DNA of 64,000 nt, taken from SAR86 cluster bacterium. Lineage in GTDB: Bacteria; Pseudomonadota; Gammaproteobacteria; Magnimaribacterales; Magnimaribacteraceae. A model generated the notes under the pieces. It was not told the DNA's origin and searched no databases. It saw only the letters and a program-made list of their open reading frames with translations. The stretch spans positions 651,517 to 715,516 of the forward strand of contig CP097969.1 in assembly GCA_023703575.1 (NCBI GenBank). The letters run 5' to 3'. Below, piece after piece: positions 47,532-56,043 of the stretch; the stretch's first letter is position 1, and every line of letters begins with the position of its first letter. A program made the position numbers and the translations under genes.

Positions 47532-48296
47532 TTAGGCTGTCGATCCGCCATCTATAACAAGGGTGTGACCATTAACAAATGTTCCAGCATCTGATGCTAG
47601 AAAAACAGCTGCTCCTCCTATTTCATCTGGTTCACCAATCCTTCTGAGAGGGCAAGTTGCAGTTGATTGCTTTAGAATTTCTGGATTTTCCCAGAGTGCT
47701 CTAGCAAAGTCTGTTTTAAATAATCCTGGAGCTATGGCATTAGTTCTGACATTTTGTGGACCAAATTCAGCAGCAAGATTTTTAACTAACATGATGTCTG
47801 CTGCTTTTGAAATATTGTAAGTTCCTATGACTGTACTAGATTTTAGTCCACCGATAGAAGATACAATTATTATGCTTCCATCCTTTCTCTCAGTCATCTC
47901 GGGTATGACCATCTGACATAGCAAATGATTACTTTTAATATTGTTGTTCATTACTTTATCAAAAGCATCTTCTGGAATATCCATCATCGAACCAAAAAAA
48001 GGATTAGAGGCTGCGTTACAAACTAAGATATCAATCTTCCCAAGTTGCAGTCTCGTTTCATCAACAAGCATCTGTAATGCGGCTTTGTCTGATATGTTAC
48101 AAGGTATAACTATTGCTCCACCTTCAGAATCTGAACAAGCTTCATTAATTTCGTCAGCAACAGCCTGACAGGCATCTGCTTTTCTACTTGATACGACAAC
48201 TTTGGCACCGTGCAGTGCCATCTGCATAGCAATTGATTTACCTATTCCTTTAGATGAACCAGTAATAATTGCTGTTTTTCCTGTTAAATCAAACAT
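47532..48296 (-). CDS. Short-chain dehydrogenase/reductase
   Basis: TGSSKGIG, CNAA, and YNISK. Confidence 0.85.
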   Translation of the reverse strand: MFDLTGKTAIITGSSKGIGKSIAMQMALHGAKVVVSSRKADACQAVADEINEACSDSEGGAIVIPCNISDKAALQMLVDETRLQLGKIDILVCNAASNPFFGSMMDIPEDAFDKVMNNNIKSNHLLCQMVIPEMTERKDGSIIIVSSIGGLKSSTVIGTYNISKAADIMLVKNLAAEFGPQNVRTNAIAPGLFKTDFARALWENPEILKQSTATCPLRRIGEPDEIGGAAVFLASDAGTFVNGHTLVIDGGSTA

Positions 48297-48387
48297 AACT
48301 CTCCCTATTTAAGAAGGGAATACTTTAGAATTAATTGGTAAAAATTACTATAGATAAATTAATCATTTCGTTTGATAGAATACTTCA

Positions 48388-50610
48388 ATGATAAGAAAAG
48401 CTATTTACTTCGTTTTATTTCTCTTTCTTATATTTGCATTTTTTGTATACCTAATTTCAGAAGGTCTTCTTGGCACCTATGAAACGAATAGACCAATTAA
48501 CACTACTCCTCAATCACCAGAATTCCTAATTGAAAAGACTCAAAATCAATTGGAAGCCAAAGGTGATCTAAATATTAGTAATGGAAAGGTTATCTTGTTT
48601 GGTGATTTACATGTTCATACAACCTATTCGTCTGATGCTTTTCTTTTAAGTCTTCCCATGCTGTCGGGTGAGGGCTCTATGCCTCCATCTGACGCATGCG
48701 ATTTTGCAAGGTTTTGCTCTAGCTTAGATTTCTATGCGAATACAGATCATGCTGAAGATTTAACTCATATAGACTGGCAGGAAACTAAAGATGCAGTTCG
48801 GCAATGTAATTTAATTTCTGGCGACAATGAATCTCCAGACACCATAGCTTTTTTAGGATGGGAATGGTCACAAAATGAAGGCTTTGGTATACCACATTAT
48901 GGACATCGAAATGTTATTTTGAAGAGTCTTTTTGATGATGAGATTCCTGCTAGACCAATAGCATCAACCTCTGGTGGTTTTATGGATATGCCCCAGTCGG
49001 TAAGATTGGGACTATCAGGCATGCGGTCCTTAGATACCAGAATACATGACCTAATGAGATTTATAAAAGATGGTCAAACGATACCATGTCCCAGTGATGT
49101 TCCAGTCAGAGACTTACCTCTGAATTGTAAGGAATATGCAGAAGATCCTGGCATCCTATTTGATAAGCTAAATGATTGGGGACATGAAGTCATCGTCATT
49201 CCCCATGGCACATCTTGGGGAACGTATACACCTGATGAATCGGATTGGAAAGATCAATTAAATGACGACTTTCATGACCCAAATTTACAAAATCTTATTG
49301 AAATTTATTCTGGTCATGGAAATACAGAAGAGTATAGGTCATGGAGAAGCGTAATTTTTGATAATGATGGAAATGTTTCTTGCCCAGATCCAACAAAGAG
49401 TTTTACTCCAGGTTGCTGGCAAGCTGGACAAATAATAAAAGAGAGATGTGAGGCAGAAGGGGAATCCACTCGAATATGTAAAAAACGTTCGGAAGAAGCG
49501 AAGTTAAATTATGCTCTGGAGAGCTTTGCAGGTCAGTCTGTCATAGTAGGAGAAGATCCTTCTGAATGGTTGGATTCAAATCAATGCCAAGATTGTTTTC
49601 TGCCACCTTTTAGTCATAAACCTAAAGGTTCAGTTCAATACTTGTTGGCATTACAAAATTTTAATAAAGACGACCGAGTAAGTAAGTTTAGGTTTGGTTT
49701 GGTTGCCTCTGGAGATAATCATAATGCTAGACCTGGAACTGGATACAAAGAAATAAATCGACGAGAAATGACGGAAGCCGCTGGTCCTGCTGATCCAACT
49801 GGTTACCTTTTAGGTTTCAGAGAAGGTGATGGTCCCTATGGAGAGTCAGTTAGAAGAAATTGGACTAGACAAACTCTTCCACCTGGACCAATAGAGATGG
49901 AGAGAACTTCATCTTTTTTTTATACCGGTGGCTTAGTTGCAACCCACTCTCAAGACAAATCTAGAGAATCAATATGGAACTCACTTAAAACAAAAGAAGT
50001 TTATGCGACGAGCGGAACACGAATTTTACTGTGGTTTGATTTATTGAATTCTAGTGAGGGTATCATTCCTATGGGCTCCGAAACAAAAATGAAAACTAAT
50101 CCAAGATTTATCGTTAGAGCAGCTGGATCATTCAAACAAAAACCAGGTTGTCCAGAATATGCAATTAGTTCGCTCGGCAAAGAGAGGATCAATGATCTGT
50201 GTAGAAACGAATGCTACAACCCTTCAGATCAAAGAAAGAAGATAGATCGAATAGAAGTTGTAAGGATTCTTTCTCAATTAAATGAAAATGAAGAGGTATC
50301 AGACCTTATTCAAGATCCATGGAAAGTTCACAAATGTAATGATAGCGAAGCTTGCGAATTTACATTTGTCGATAATGAGTTTGATCGGTCAGAAAGAGAT
50401 GCTGTTTATTATGTAAAAGCTATTGAAGAAACTTCTAAAATTATCAATGCCGGTAATCTTAGATGCGAATACGATGAGTTTGGCAACTGCAAATCTGTGA
50501 ATATTTGCAGTGGTAGTTCAATGCTTACCCCATATGAGGATGACTGTCTCTTTGAAGAACAAGAGAGAGCTTGGTCCTCACCGATATTCGTTGATTATAA
50601 AAAATATTGA
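48388..50610 (+). CDS. Large membrane-anchored, Cys-rich DUF3604-like protein (PHP-like metal-dependent hydrolase motifs)
   Basis: 740 aa. One N-terminal TM helix, then GDLHVHTTYSSDAF, NTDHAEDL, IPHGTSWG and SGDNHNARPG His/Asp clusters. About twenty Cys by my count. Confidence 0.5.
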   Translation: MIRKAIYFVLFLFLIFAFFVYLISEGLLGTYETNRPINTTPQSPEFLIEKTQNQLEAKGDLNISNGKVILFGDLHVHTTYSSDAFLLSLPMLSGEGSMPPSDACDFARFCSSLDFYANTDHAEDLTHIDWQETKDAVRQCNLISGDNESPDTIAFLGWEWSQNEGFGIPHYGHRNVILKSLFDDEIPARPIASTSGGFMDMPQSVRLGLSGMRSLDTRIHDLMRFIKDGQTIPCPSDVPVRDLPLNCKEYAEDPGILFDKLNDWGHEVIVIPHGTSWGTYTPDESDWKDQLNDDFHDPNLQNLIEIYSGHGNTEEYRSWRSVIFDNDGNVSCPDPTKSFTPGCWQAGQIIKERCEAEGESTRICKKRSEEAKLNYALESFAGQSVIVGEDPSEWLDSNQCQDCFLPPFSHKPKGSVQYLLALQNFNKDDRVSKFRFGLVASGDNHNARPGTGYKEINRREMTEAAGPADPTGYLLGFREGDGPYGESVRRNWTRQTLPPGPIEMERTSSFFYTGGLVATHSQDKSRESIWNSLKTKEVYATSGTRILLWFDLLNSSEGIIPMGSETKMKTNPRFIVRAAGSFKQKPGCPEYAISSLGKERINDLCRNECYNPSDQRKKIDRIEVVRILSQLNENEEVSDLIQDPWKVHKCNDSEACEFTFVDNEFDRSERDAVYYVKAIEETSKIINAGNLRCEYDEFGNCKSVNICSGSSMLTPYEDDCLFEEQERAWSSPIFVDYKKY

Positions 50611-50622
50611 TGAGGATTAAAC

Positions 50623-51411
50623 TTACTTACCTTTCCAGTTGGGAGCACGTTTTTCAGCAAATGCTACCGGACCCTCGATAAAATCTTCGCTCGTGAATAA
50701 ATCGTGTACAGCAGTATATTGTCCTTTCATCGAGTTCTCCAAATTTGCTTCATTTAAGCTTTCATAAGCAACTTGTTTTGTGGCTCTAATAGACATTGGT
50801 GAACAGGCTTCTATTTGTTTTGCCCAGTCTCTGGCTCTATCCATCAAATCAGCCTGAGACTCAACAACTTCATTTACGATACCAAGCTCCTTTGCTTCCG
50901 CAGCTTCTACATGTCTACCGGTAAGCATCATTCCCATAGCATTTTTCATTCCTATCTGTCTGGGTAATCTTTGCATGCCACCAGCTAGAGCAGCTAATCC
51001 AACTTTTGGTTCCGGTAGAGCAAACCTTGCATTAGAAGAAGCAATAATGAGATCACATGCAAGAGCAATTTCCATTCCTCCTCCCATAGCGACACCATTT
51101 ACTGCTGCAATAATTGGTTTGTTCAAATTAAAACGACTGGTTAGACCGGCAAAACCAGTTTCTGGCATTCCAGACCTATCTCCACCAGAGGCTTGATACT
51201 TCAAGTCATTACCTGCAGAAAATGCTCTATCACCGGCACCTGTAATAATACCCACCCAAAGATCTTCATCGTTTGTAAATTCACTCCAAACCTCATCGAA
51301 CTCTCTATGAGAAGGAGGATGTAATGAATTCATTACATCAGGTCTATTTATAGTGACTTCTAGAATATGTCCGTTTACTTCCGTTGTAAGAAATTCGTAA
51401 TCAGTTTTCAT
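50623..51411 (-). CDS. Enoyl-CoA hydratase/isomerase family protein
   Basis: Start moved to the ATG at 51411 (MKTDYEFL), preceded by AAGGGAGA. Has GAGDRAFSAGNDL and NGVAMGGG. Confidence 0.8.
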   Translation of the reverse strand: MKTDYEFLTTEVNGHILEVTINRPDVMNSLHPPSHREFDEVWSEFTNDEDLWVGIITGAGDRAFSAGNDLKYQASGGDRSGMPETGFAGLTSRFNLNKPIIAAVNGVAMGGGMEIALACDLIIASSNARFALPEPKVGLAALAGGMQRLPRQIGMKNAMGMMLTGRHVEAAEAKELGIVNEVVESQADLMDRARDWAKQIEACSPMSIRATKQVAYESLNEANLENSMKGQYTAVHDLFTSEDFIEGPVAFAEKRAPNWKGK

Positions 51412-51463
51412 AATATCTCCCTTAAGTTTTTGATAAAGAATATCAGGCATTGAATGATCAGTC

Positions 51464-52219
51464 ATGTTTTATAAGTTAAGATTCACACTAGTGAGTGAAT
51501 TAACAATAGGTATACTTTTGACAGATCATGTTTTAGAGGATCTTCAAGTTAAACATGGAGATCAAAATGACTTTTATAACAAAATCTTCACTGAAGCAGA
51601 CCCAAATATAAGACTTAAGATTTATGACGTAACTGAAGATGTATATCCTCAGGATATGCATGAGTGCGATGGATATTTGATAACGGGCTCTAAGTTGAGC
51701 GTTTATGATGATGTTAAATGGATTAGAGACCTAGAAAGTTTTATTTGTCTCCTCAATGATAAGAAGAAACCTTTACTGGGCGTTTGCTTTGGTCATCAAC
51801 TCATAGCAAAAGCTCTCGGTGGAGAAGTTAAGAAGGCTGAAGTAGGGTGGGTACTAGGACTTCAAGAATATACATTTCATAATCATTTTCCTTGGCTTGA
51901 AAATCCCAATAAAGATATAAAGCTTATCCACTCGCATCAAGATCAAGTTATAAATCTTCCTATGGGAACGACTTTAGTAGCCTCTAATGACTCTGTTCCT
52001 TATGCGATGTATTTTATAGGCGATCATATAATGTCTATACAAGGACATCCTGAATTCACAAATGAGTATGCTTATGATGTCGTTTGTAAAAGAAGAGAAA
52101 TTCTAGGAGAAAAAAGTTTTCAATCTGCTGAAAAGAGTTTATTGAATGAACAATCCAATTATCTTGAAGTGACTCATTGGTGGATCGATTTCTTTAGATA
52201 TCAGTTCAAGACTCAATAG
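51464..52219 (+). CDS. Class I glutamine amidotransferase-like protein
   Basis: Nucleophile elbow GVCFGHQL and a distal His in GHPEF. The exact start is uncertain. Confidence 0.7.
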   Translation: MFYKLRFTLVSELTIGILLTDHVLEDLQVKHGDQNDFYNKIFTEADPNIRLKIYDVTEDVYPQDMHECDGYLITGSKLSVYDDVKWIRDLESFICLLNDKKKPLLGVCFGHQLIAKALGGEVKKAEVGWVLGLQEYTFHNHFPWLENPNKDIKLIHSHQDQVINLPMGTTLVASNDSVPYAMYFIGDHIMSIQGHPEFTNEYAYDVVCKRREILGEKSFQSAEKSLLNEQSNYLEVTHWWIDFFRYQFKTQ

Positions 52220-53009
52220 TAATTCTCTCCATTCTTCTGAGTTGAGGCCAATAATCATTAACGGGTTTATGTAGTACAGATCTGTTGTCCCAAAAAGCTA
52301 TAGAGTTATTTTCCCATGAAAATCTACATTGATACTTCTCTTGATGAATGTGATCAAACAAGAAATTTAAAATTGAACCATCAGCATCATCTCCTTCTAT
52401 GTGCGAAGTGAAGAGTCTATTAACGTAAATTACCTTTCGTCCAGTAACAGGATGTTGTTTGATTACAGGATGGGAAACGGGTGGATTTTCTTTAAGTGCA
52501 TCAGCTAATCTTTCACGGCCACCTTCTTCTTCAAGACTTTCTTTAAAACCAAATTCAAAGCTATGAATAGCATTCATCTCTTCAAGCCTTTCCTTCCATT
52601 CTTGCGAAAGATCATCATAGGCTTTTGATAAGCTTGAGAACATAGTATCACCTCCAGATTCAGGAATAATTCTTCCAATCAAGATACTTCCCAAAGGAGG
52701 ATTTTTTTTAAACGTCATATCAGTATGCCATTCCTCAATTTTGGAAGGATTTTCTTCATCATTTTCAAGGATGGTAATTTCTGGAAAACCTTCTACTGTT
52801 GGGTATGCTGGATGCGTCTGTAAGTTTCCAAAAAAAGAAGCAAATCTCTTATGATCTCTTGGACTTATGTTTTGATTTCTGAAGAAAAGAACTTCATTTT
52901 CAGCTAAACAAGAAAGTAATCCAATTGATGTTTTTTCAGAAATATTAGATAGATTAATATCTTCTATGTAAGCACCCAGTGCCTCGTCTTTTTTAATTAC
53001 ATTTAACAT
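52206..53009 (-). CDS. TauD/TfdA-family Fe(II)/2-oxoglutarate dioxygenase
   Basis: 267 aa. WHTDMTF (H-x-D), a distal His and the R region (WDNRSVLH). Confidence 0.8.
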   Translation of the reverse strand: MLNVIKKDEALGAYIEDINLSNISEKTSIGLLSCLAENEVLFFRNQNISPRDHKRFASFFGNLQTHPAYPTVEGFPEITILENDEENPSKIEEWHTDMTFKKNPPLGSILIGRIIPESGGDTMFSSLSKAYDDLSQEWKERLEEMNAIHSFEFGFKESLEEEGGRERLADALKENPPVSHPVIKQHPVTGRKVIYVNRLFTSHIEGDDADGSILNFLFDHIHQEKYQCRFSWENNSIAFWDNRSVLHKPVNDYWPQLRRMERITIES

Positions 53010-53051
53010 AATTTAGGTTAGGTTATCAGAAACAGGCAATAATTTATAAAT

Positions 53052-53519
53052 ATGAACCTTGTTTTAACAAGACACGCTAAATCTAGTTGGGATAATTTGA
53101 ATCTTACTGATCATGACCGCCCTTTGAGTAGAAGGGGAAGGGAAGATGCAAAGCTTATAGCTAAATATCTGGCTACTTATGAATATACTTATAAAACTAT
53201 ATTGTGTAGCACATCAAAAAGAACCTCTGAGACGCTAGAGATTTTCTTAAACTATATCCATAAAGTAGATCAAATTAATTACCTATCTAACTTATATCAT
53301 GCTTCAGCAGAGACTATAAGAAAGGAAATTACTACTTTAGACACAGATGGAACATATATGCTTTTAGGGCATAACCCTGGTATAGAAGACTTCTTAAGTA
53401 ATCTCCATAAAGATATTTCTTTGAAAGTCCCAACGTGCTCAGTAGCTTTATTGTCTAACCAAAATAATTCCCTACAGTTAAATAAATTAATTACTCCAAA
53501 GGAATTAAAGTCACAATAA
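53052..53519 (+). CDS. Histidine phosphatase superfamily protein, SixA-like
   Basis: 155 aa with RHAKS catalytic His, RPLS.RG and LGHNPG. Confidence 0.65.
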   Translation: MNLVLTRHAKSSWDNLNLTDHDRPLSRRGREDAKLIAKYLATYEYTYKTILCSTSKRTSETLEIFLNYIHKVDQINYLSNLYHASAETIRKEITTLDTDGTYMLLGHNPGIEDFLSNLHKDISLKVPTCSVALLSNQNNSLQLNKLITPKELKSQ

Positions 53520-53531
53520 GACCCTTTACAT

Positions 53532-53586
53532 CGTCACACAAATGTCATATAAAAGACACATATGTGACATTTATGTGACATAAAAG
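53532..53586. promoter_or_regulatory. Array of five pentamers in exact 11-bp register (CGTCA, TGTCA, AGACA, TGACA, TGACA); candidate PhoB-box cluster or operator
   Basis: The pentamers start at 53532, 53543, 53554, 53565 and 53576. Read on the minus strand, the right half is ATGTCAC-ATAA-ATGTCAC-ATAT-GTGTCTT, close to the enteric CTGTCAT-N4 repeat. Confidence 0.5.
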
Positions 53587-53594
53587 GAGTAAAC

Positions 53595-54050
53595 ATGAAA
53601 TTAATCATCAAAATAATTAGTTTAAGTCTAATAATGATTTCTTCTTATACATATTCGGAGTCCAATCACGGATCTCTTTTCGCATTTGCAGAAAATATGC
53701 TAGAAATCGAAGGAACTGCTCCTAATATAATATTTTCAAGCAATGATGAGATAGGAGAATTATGCTCAAATGAAATGATTGCTTGCTTTAGGTCTGATAA
53801 ACCTTCAAACATATATATTCAAGCAGGACTTCAAGTAGACTTAATTAATGCTACATTAGTTGGTCTTATGTCTGATTATTTACAATTTAATGCAAATAAA
53901 AATATAGATTATTTAAAGAGTTGTAATGCTCAAGTAAACTATCTTTTAAGCTCATTTAAGGTAAATAAAGCCAAGATCTATAAAGCTACTGCTTGCGGAA
54001 GGAAAACTATTTCACATAAAGAGATGGAAATTCTTTTAGCATCAAAATAA
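53595..54050 (+). CDS. Exported protein of unknown function, candidate Pho-regulated
   Basis: 151 aa with a signal peptide and four Cys. AAGGAG SD. Bracketed by the repeat array upstream and a clean terminator downstream. Confidence 0.55.
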   Translation: MKLIIKIISLSLIMISSYTYSESNHGSLFAFAENMLEIEGTAPNIIFSSNDEIGELCSNEMIACFRSDKPSNIYIQAGLQVDLINATLVGLMSDYLQFNANKNIDYLKSCNAQVNYLLSSFKVNKAKIYKATACGRKTISHKEMEILLASK

Positions 54051-54069
54051 ATTTCTTGGGGAGAAAAAA

Positions 54070-54094
54070 GAGGGACTTAGTCCCTCTTTTTTTT
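54070..54094 (+). terminator. Rho-independent terminator
   Basis: GAGGGAC-TTA-GTCCCTC hairpin followed by T8, 20 nt after the stop codon. Confidence 0.8.
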
Positions 54095-54110
54095 CAAATT
54101 AGAAACTTAA

Positions 54111-54150
54111 CTTTCACATGTTTGTAAACGTGTAAGTTTAAGATTTACAC
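54111..54150. promoter_or_regulatory. Weak Pho-box-like sequence upstream of plcP
   Basis: CTTTCACATGTTTGTAAAC has TTTCA at 54112 and TGTAA at 54123 (11-bp spacing), with TTACA at 54145. It is degenerate. Confidence 0.25.
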
Positions 54151-54197
54151 AATATATTGTTTTAAAAGTTCTTAAAACCACAATATGTTGTAGATTT

Positions 54198-54995
54198 ATG
54201 AAAATTTTAGATAAACAAGCTACTCATTATAAAACCATTTGGCTCAGCGATATACACCTAGGAACAAAAGGTTGCCAAGCTGAAAAACTATTAGATTTCC
54301 TGTACGAATATTCTTGCGATAAACTTTATTTGGTAGGGGACATAATTGATGGATGGAGATTAAGCCAAAATTTTTACTGGCCTCAATCTCACTCCAATAT
54401 TGTAAGAAGATTGCTTTCCTTTTCAAAACAAGGAACAGAGATCTTTTTTATTACTGGAAATCATGATGAATTTCTTAGATCCTTCTCTCCTCTAAATTTA
54501 GGAAACATAAAAATACTTGATGAAGATGTGCATAGTACTGAAGACGGTCGAGAAATCCTCATTATTCACGGTGATGAATATGATGTCGTAACAAAATATA
54601 GCAGATGGCTTGCGGTTTTAGGATCTATTGGTTATGAACTTCTCATGACTTTCAATCGCTTGTGGAATGCACTTAGAAAAATATTAGGCTATAAAAATTA
54701 TTGGTCCCTCTCTGCCTTTGTTAAACACAAAGTCAAATCAGCGGTTAATTTTATAAGCGATTTTGAAGAGACACTTGCAATAGCTTGCAAGAAGAAAGGA
54801 TACCAGGGGGTGATCGCAGGTCACATTCACCATGCAGAAATAAGAAAAATTCAAGGAATAGATTATATGAATTGTGGTGATTGGGTCGAGTCCTGCACAG
54901 CACTAGTTGAAAACGAGAATGGTATCATTGAAATAATTCAATATGGAGAATCAACAAATAAAAATATTCTTGATATAGCTAATAAGGTTGCATGA
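54198..54995 (+). CDS. plcP: Metallophosphoesterase of the LpxH-like group, PlcP-type phospholipase C (phosphate-stress lipid renovation)
   Basis: 265 aa. WLSDIHLGTKGCQAEKLLDFL, YLVGDIIDGWRL, YWPQSH, ITGNHDEFLR and GHIHH closely follow my memory of the PlcP (SMc00171-type) family. Translationally coupled to a glycosyltransferase. Confidence 0.7.
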   Translation: MKILDKQATHYKTIWLSDIHLGTKGCQAEKLLDFLYEYSCDKLYLVGDIIDGWRLSQNFYWPQSHSNIVRRLLSFSKQGTEIFFITGNHDEFLRSFSPLNLGNIKILDEDVHSTEDGREILIIHGDEYDVVTKYSRWLAVLGSIGYELLMTFNRLWNALRKILGYKNYWSLSAFVKHKVKSAVNFISDFEETLAIACKKKGYQGVIAGHIHHAEIRKIQGIDYMNCGDWVESCTALVENENGIIEIIQYGESTNKNILDIANKVA

Positions 54996-55993
54996 AGATT
55001 GTAATTGTTACAGATGCATGGTTTCCACAAGTAAATGGCGTTGTAACAACACTAGATTGTCTTAAAAAGGAATTGGAAAAGAAAAGTTACCGAGTAGATA
55101 TTATCCATCCAAGTCTATTTAAAACTTCTTCATTTTCTGTTTATCCTGAAATTTCATTAGCAATGAACCCTTGGAAAGTAAAAAACTACCTATCCGAAGA
55201 TATGGACTATTTACATATTGCAACGGAAGGTCCTTTAGGTTTATTTGCAAGAAATTTTGCAATTCAAAATAATATTCAATTTACTACGGCTATACATACC
55301 AAATTTCCTGAATACCTAAAGAAAATTCTTTTAATTCCATTGTCCTTAACTTATGGATATTTGAGATGGTTTCACGGAGAAGCACACAAAACACTAGTAA
55401 ACACTAATTCTCAGATTGAAGAACTTTCTTCAATAGGATTTAAAAATTTAGCTAAGTGGAGTAGGGCGATTGATAGAAATATTTTTTATCCTAGAAAAAA
55501 GTCGTCTAACAATGGTTATTTACTATATGTTGGTAGAATCTCGAAAGAAAAAAATCTTGAAGATTTTTTAAATCTAGACACAAGTAATCAAAAAATCGTG
55601 GTTGGATCTGGCCCTATGCTAAATGAATATAAAAAGAAATATAGAACTGTAGAATTTGTTGGCCCTAAATTTGGAAACGAACTTGCGCAATATTATTCTG
55701 ACGCCTCTGTTTTTGTTTTTCCATCCAAAACAGATACATATGGAATAGTTATGATTGAGGCATTGGCTTGTGGAACACCTGTAGCTGCCTATCCTGTAAC
55801 AGGACCCAAGGATATCGTCATTAATGAGATTAATGGATACCTTCATCACGATCTGCTTACGGCTGTTTCATTTGCTGAGAATATAAATTCTAAATTTTGC
55901 GAAGAGTCAATCGAATCCTTGTCCTGGGGCAAAGTAGCAAACACTTTTTTAAGCACTTTGATTCCGATAAGGCGTAAGTTTATAACTACTTAA
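54992..55993 (+). CDS. agt: GT4-family glycosyltransferase, Agt-like (diacylglycerol glycosyl/glucuronosyl-transferase)
   Basis: 333 aa. N-terminal KIVIVTDAWFPQVNGV, and the C-terminal GT-B motif FVFPSKTDTYGIVMIEALACGTPV. ATGA overlap with plcP. Confidence 0.65.
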   Translation: MKIVIVTDAWFPQVNGVVTTLDCLKKELEKKSYRVDIIHPSLFKTSSFSVYPEISLAMNPWKVKNYLSEDMDYLHIATEGPLGLFARNFAIQNNIQFTTAIHTKFPEYLKKILLIPLSLTYGYLRWFHGEAHKTLVNTNSQIEELSSIGFKNLAKWSRAIDRNIFYPRKKSSNNGYLLYVGRISKEKNLEDFLNLDTSNQKIVVGSGPMLNEYKKKYRTVEFVGPKFGNELAQYYSDASVFVFPSKTDTYGIVMIEALACGTPVAAYPVTGPKDIVINEINGYLHHDLLTAVSFAENINSKFCEESIESLSWGKVANTFLSTLIPIRRKFITT

Positions 55994-56043
55994 ATTTTTT
56001 CATTTCATGCAAAGGGAAAGATTCGTTAAAATAGACATTAATT

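Noticed and set aside
52206-53009. The TauD-family dioxygenase next to the Pho island, considered as a PhnY-like phosphonate-catabolic enzyme.
   Set aside because: No HD-domain PhnZ partner, phosphonate transporter or aminotransferase is nearby. TauD/TfdA membership alone does not indicate the substrate. It is left as generic.
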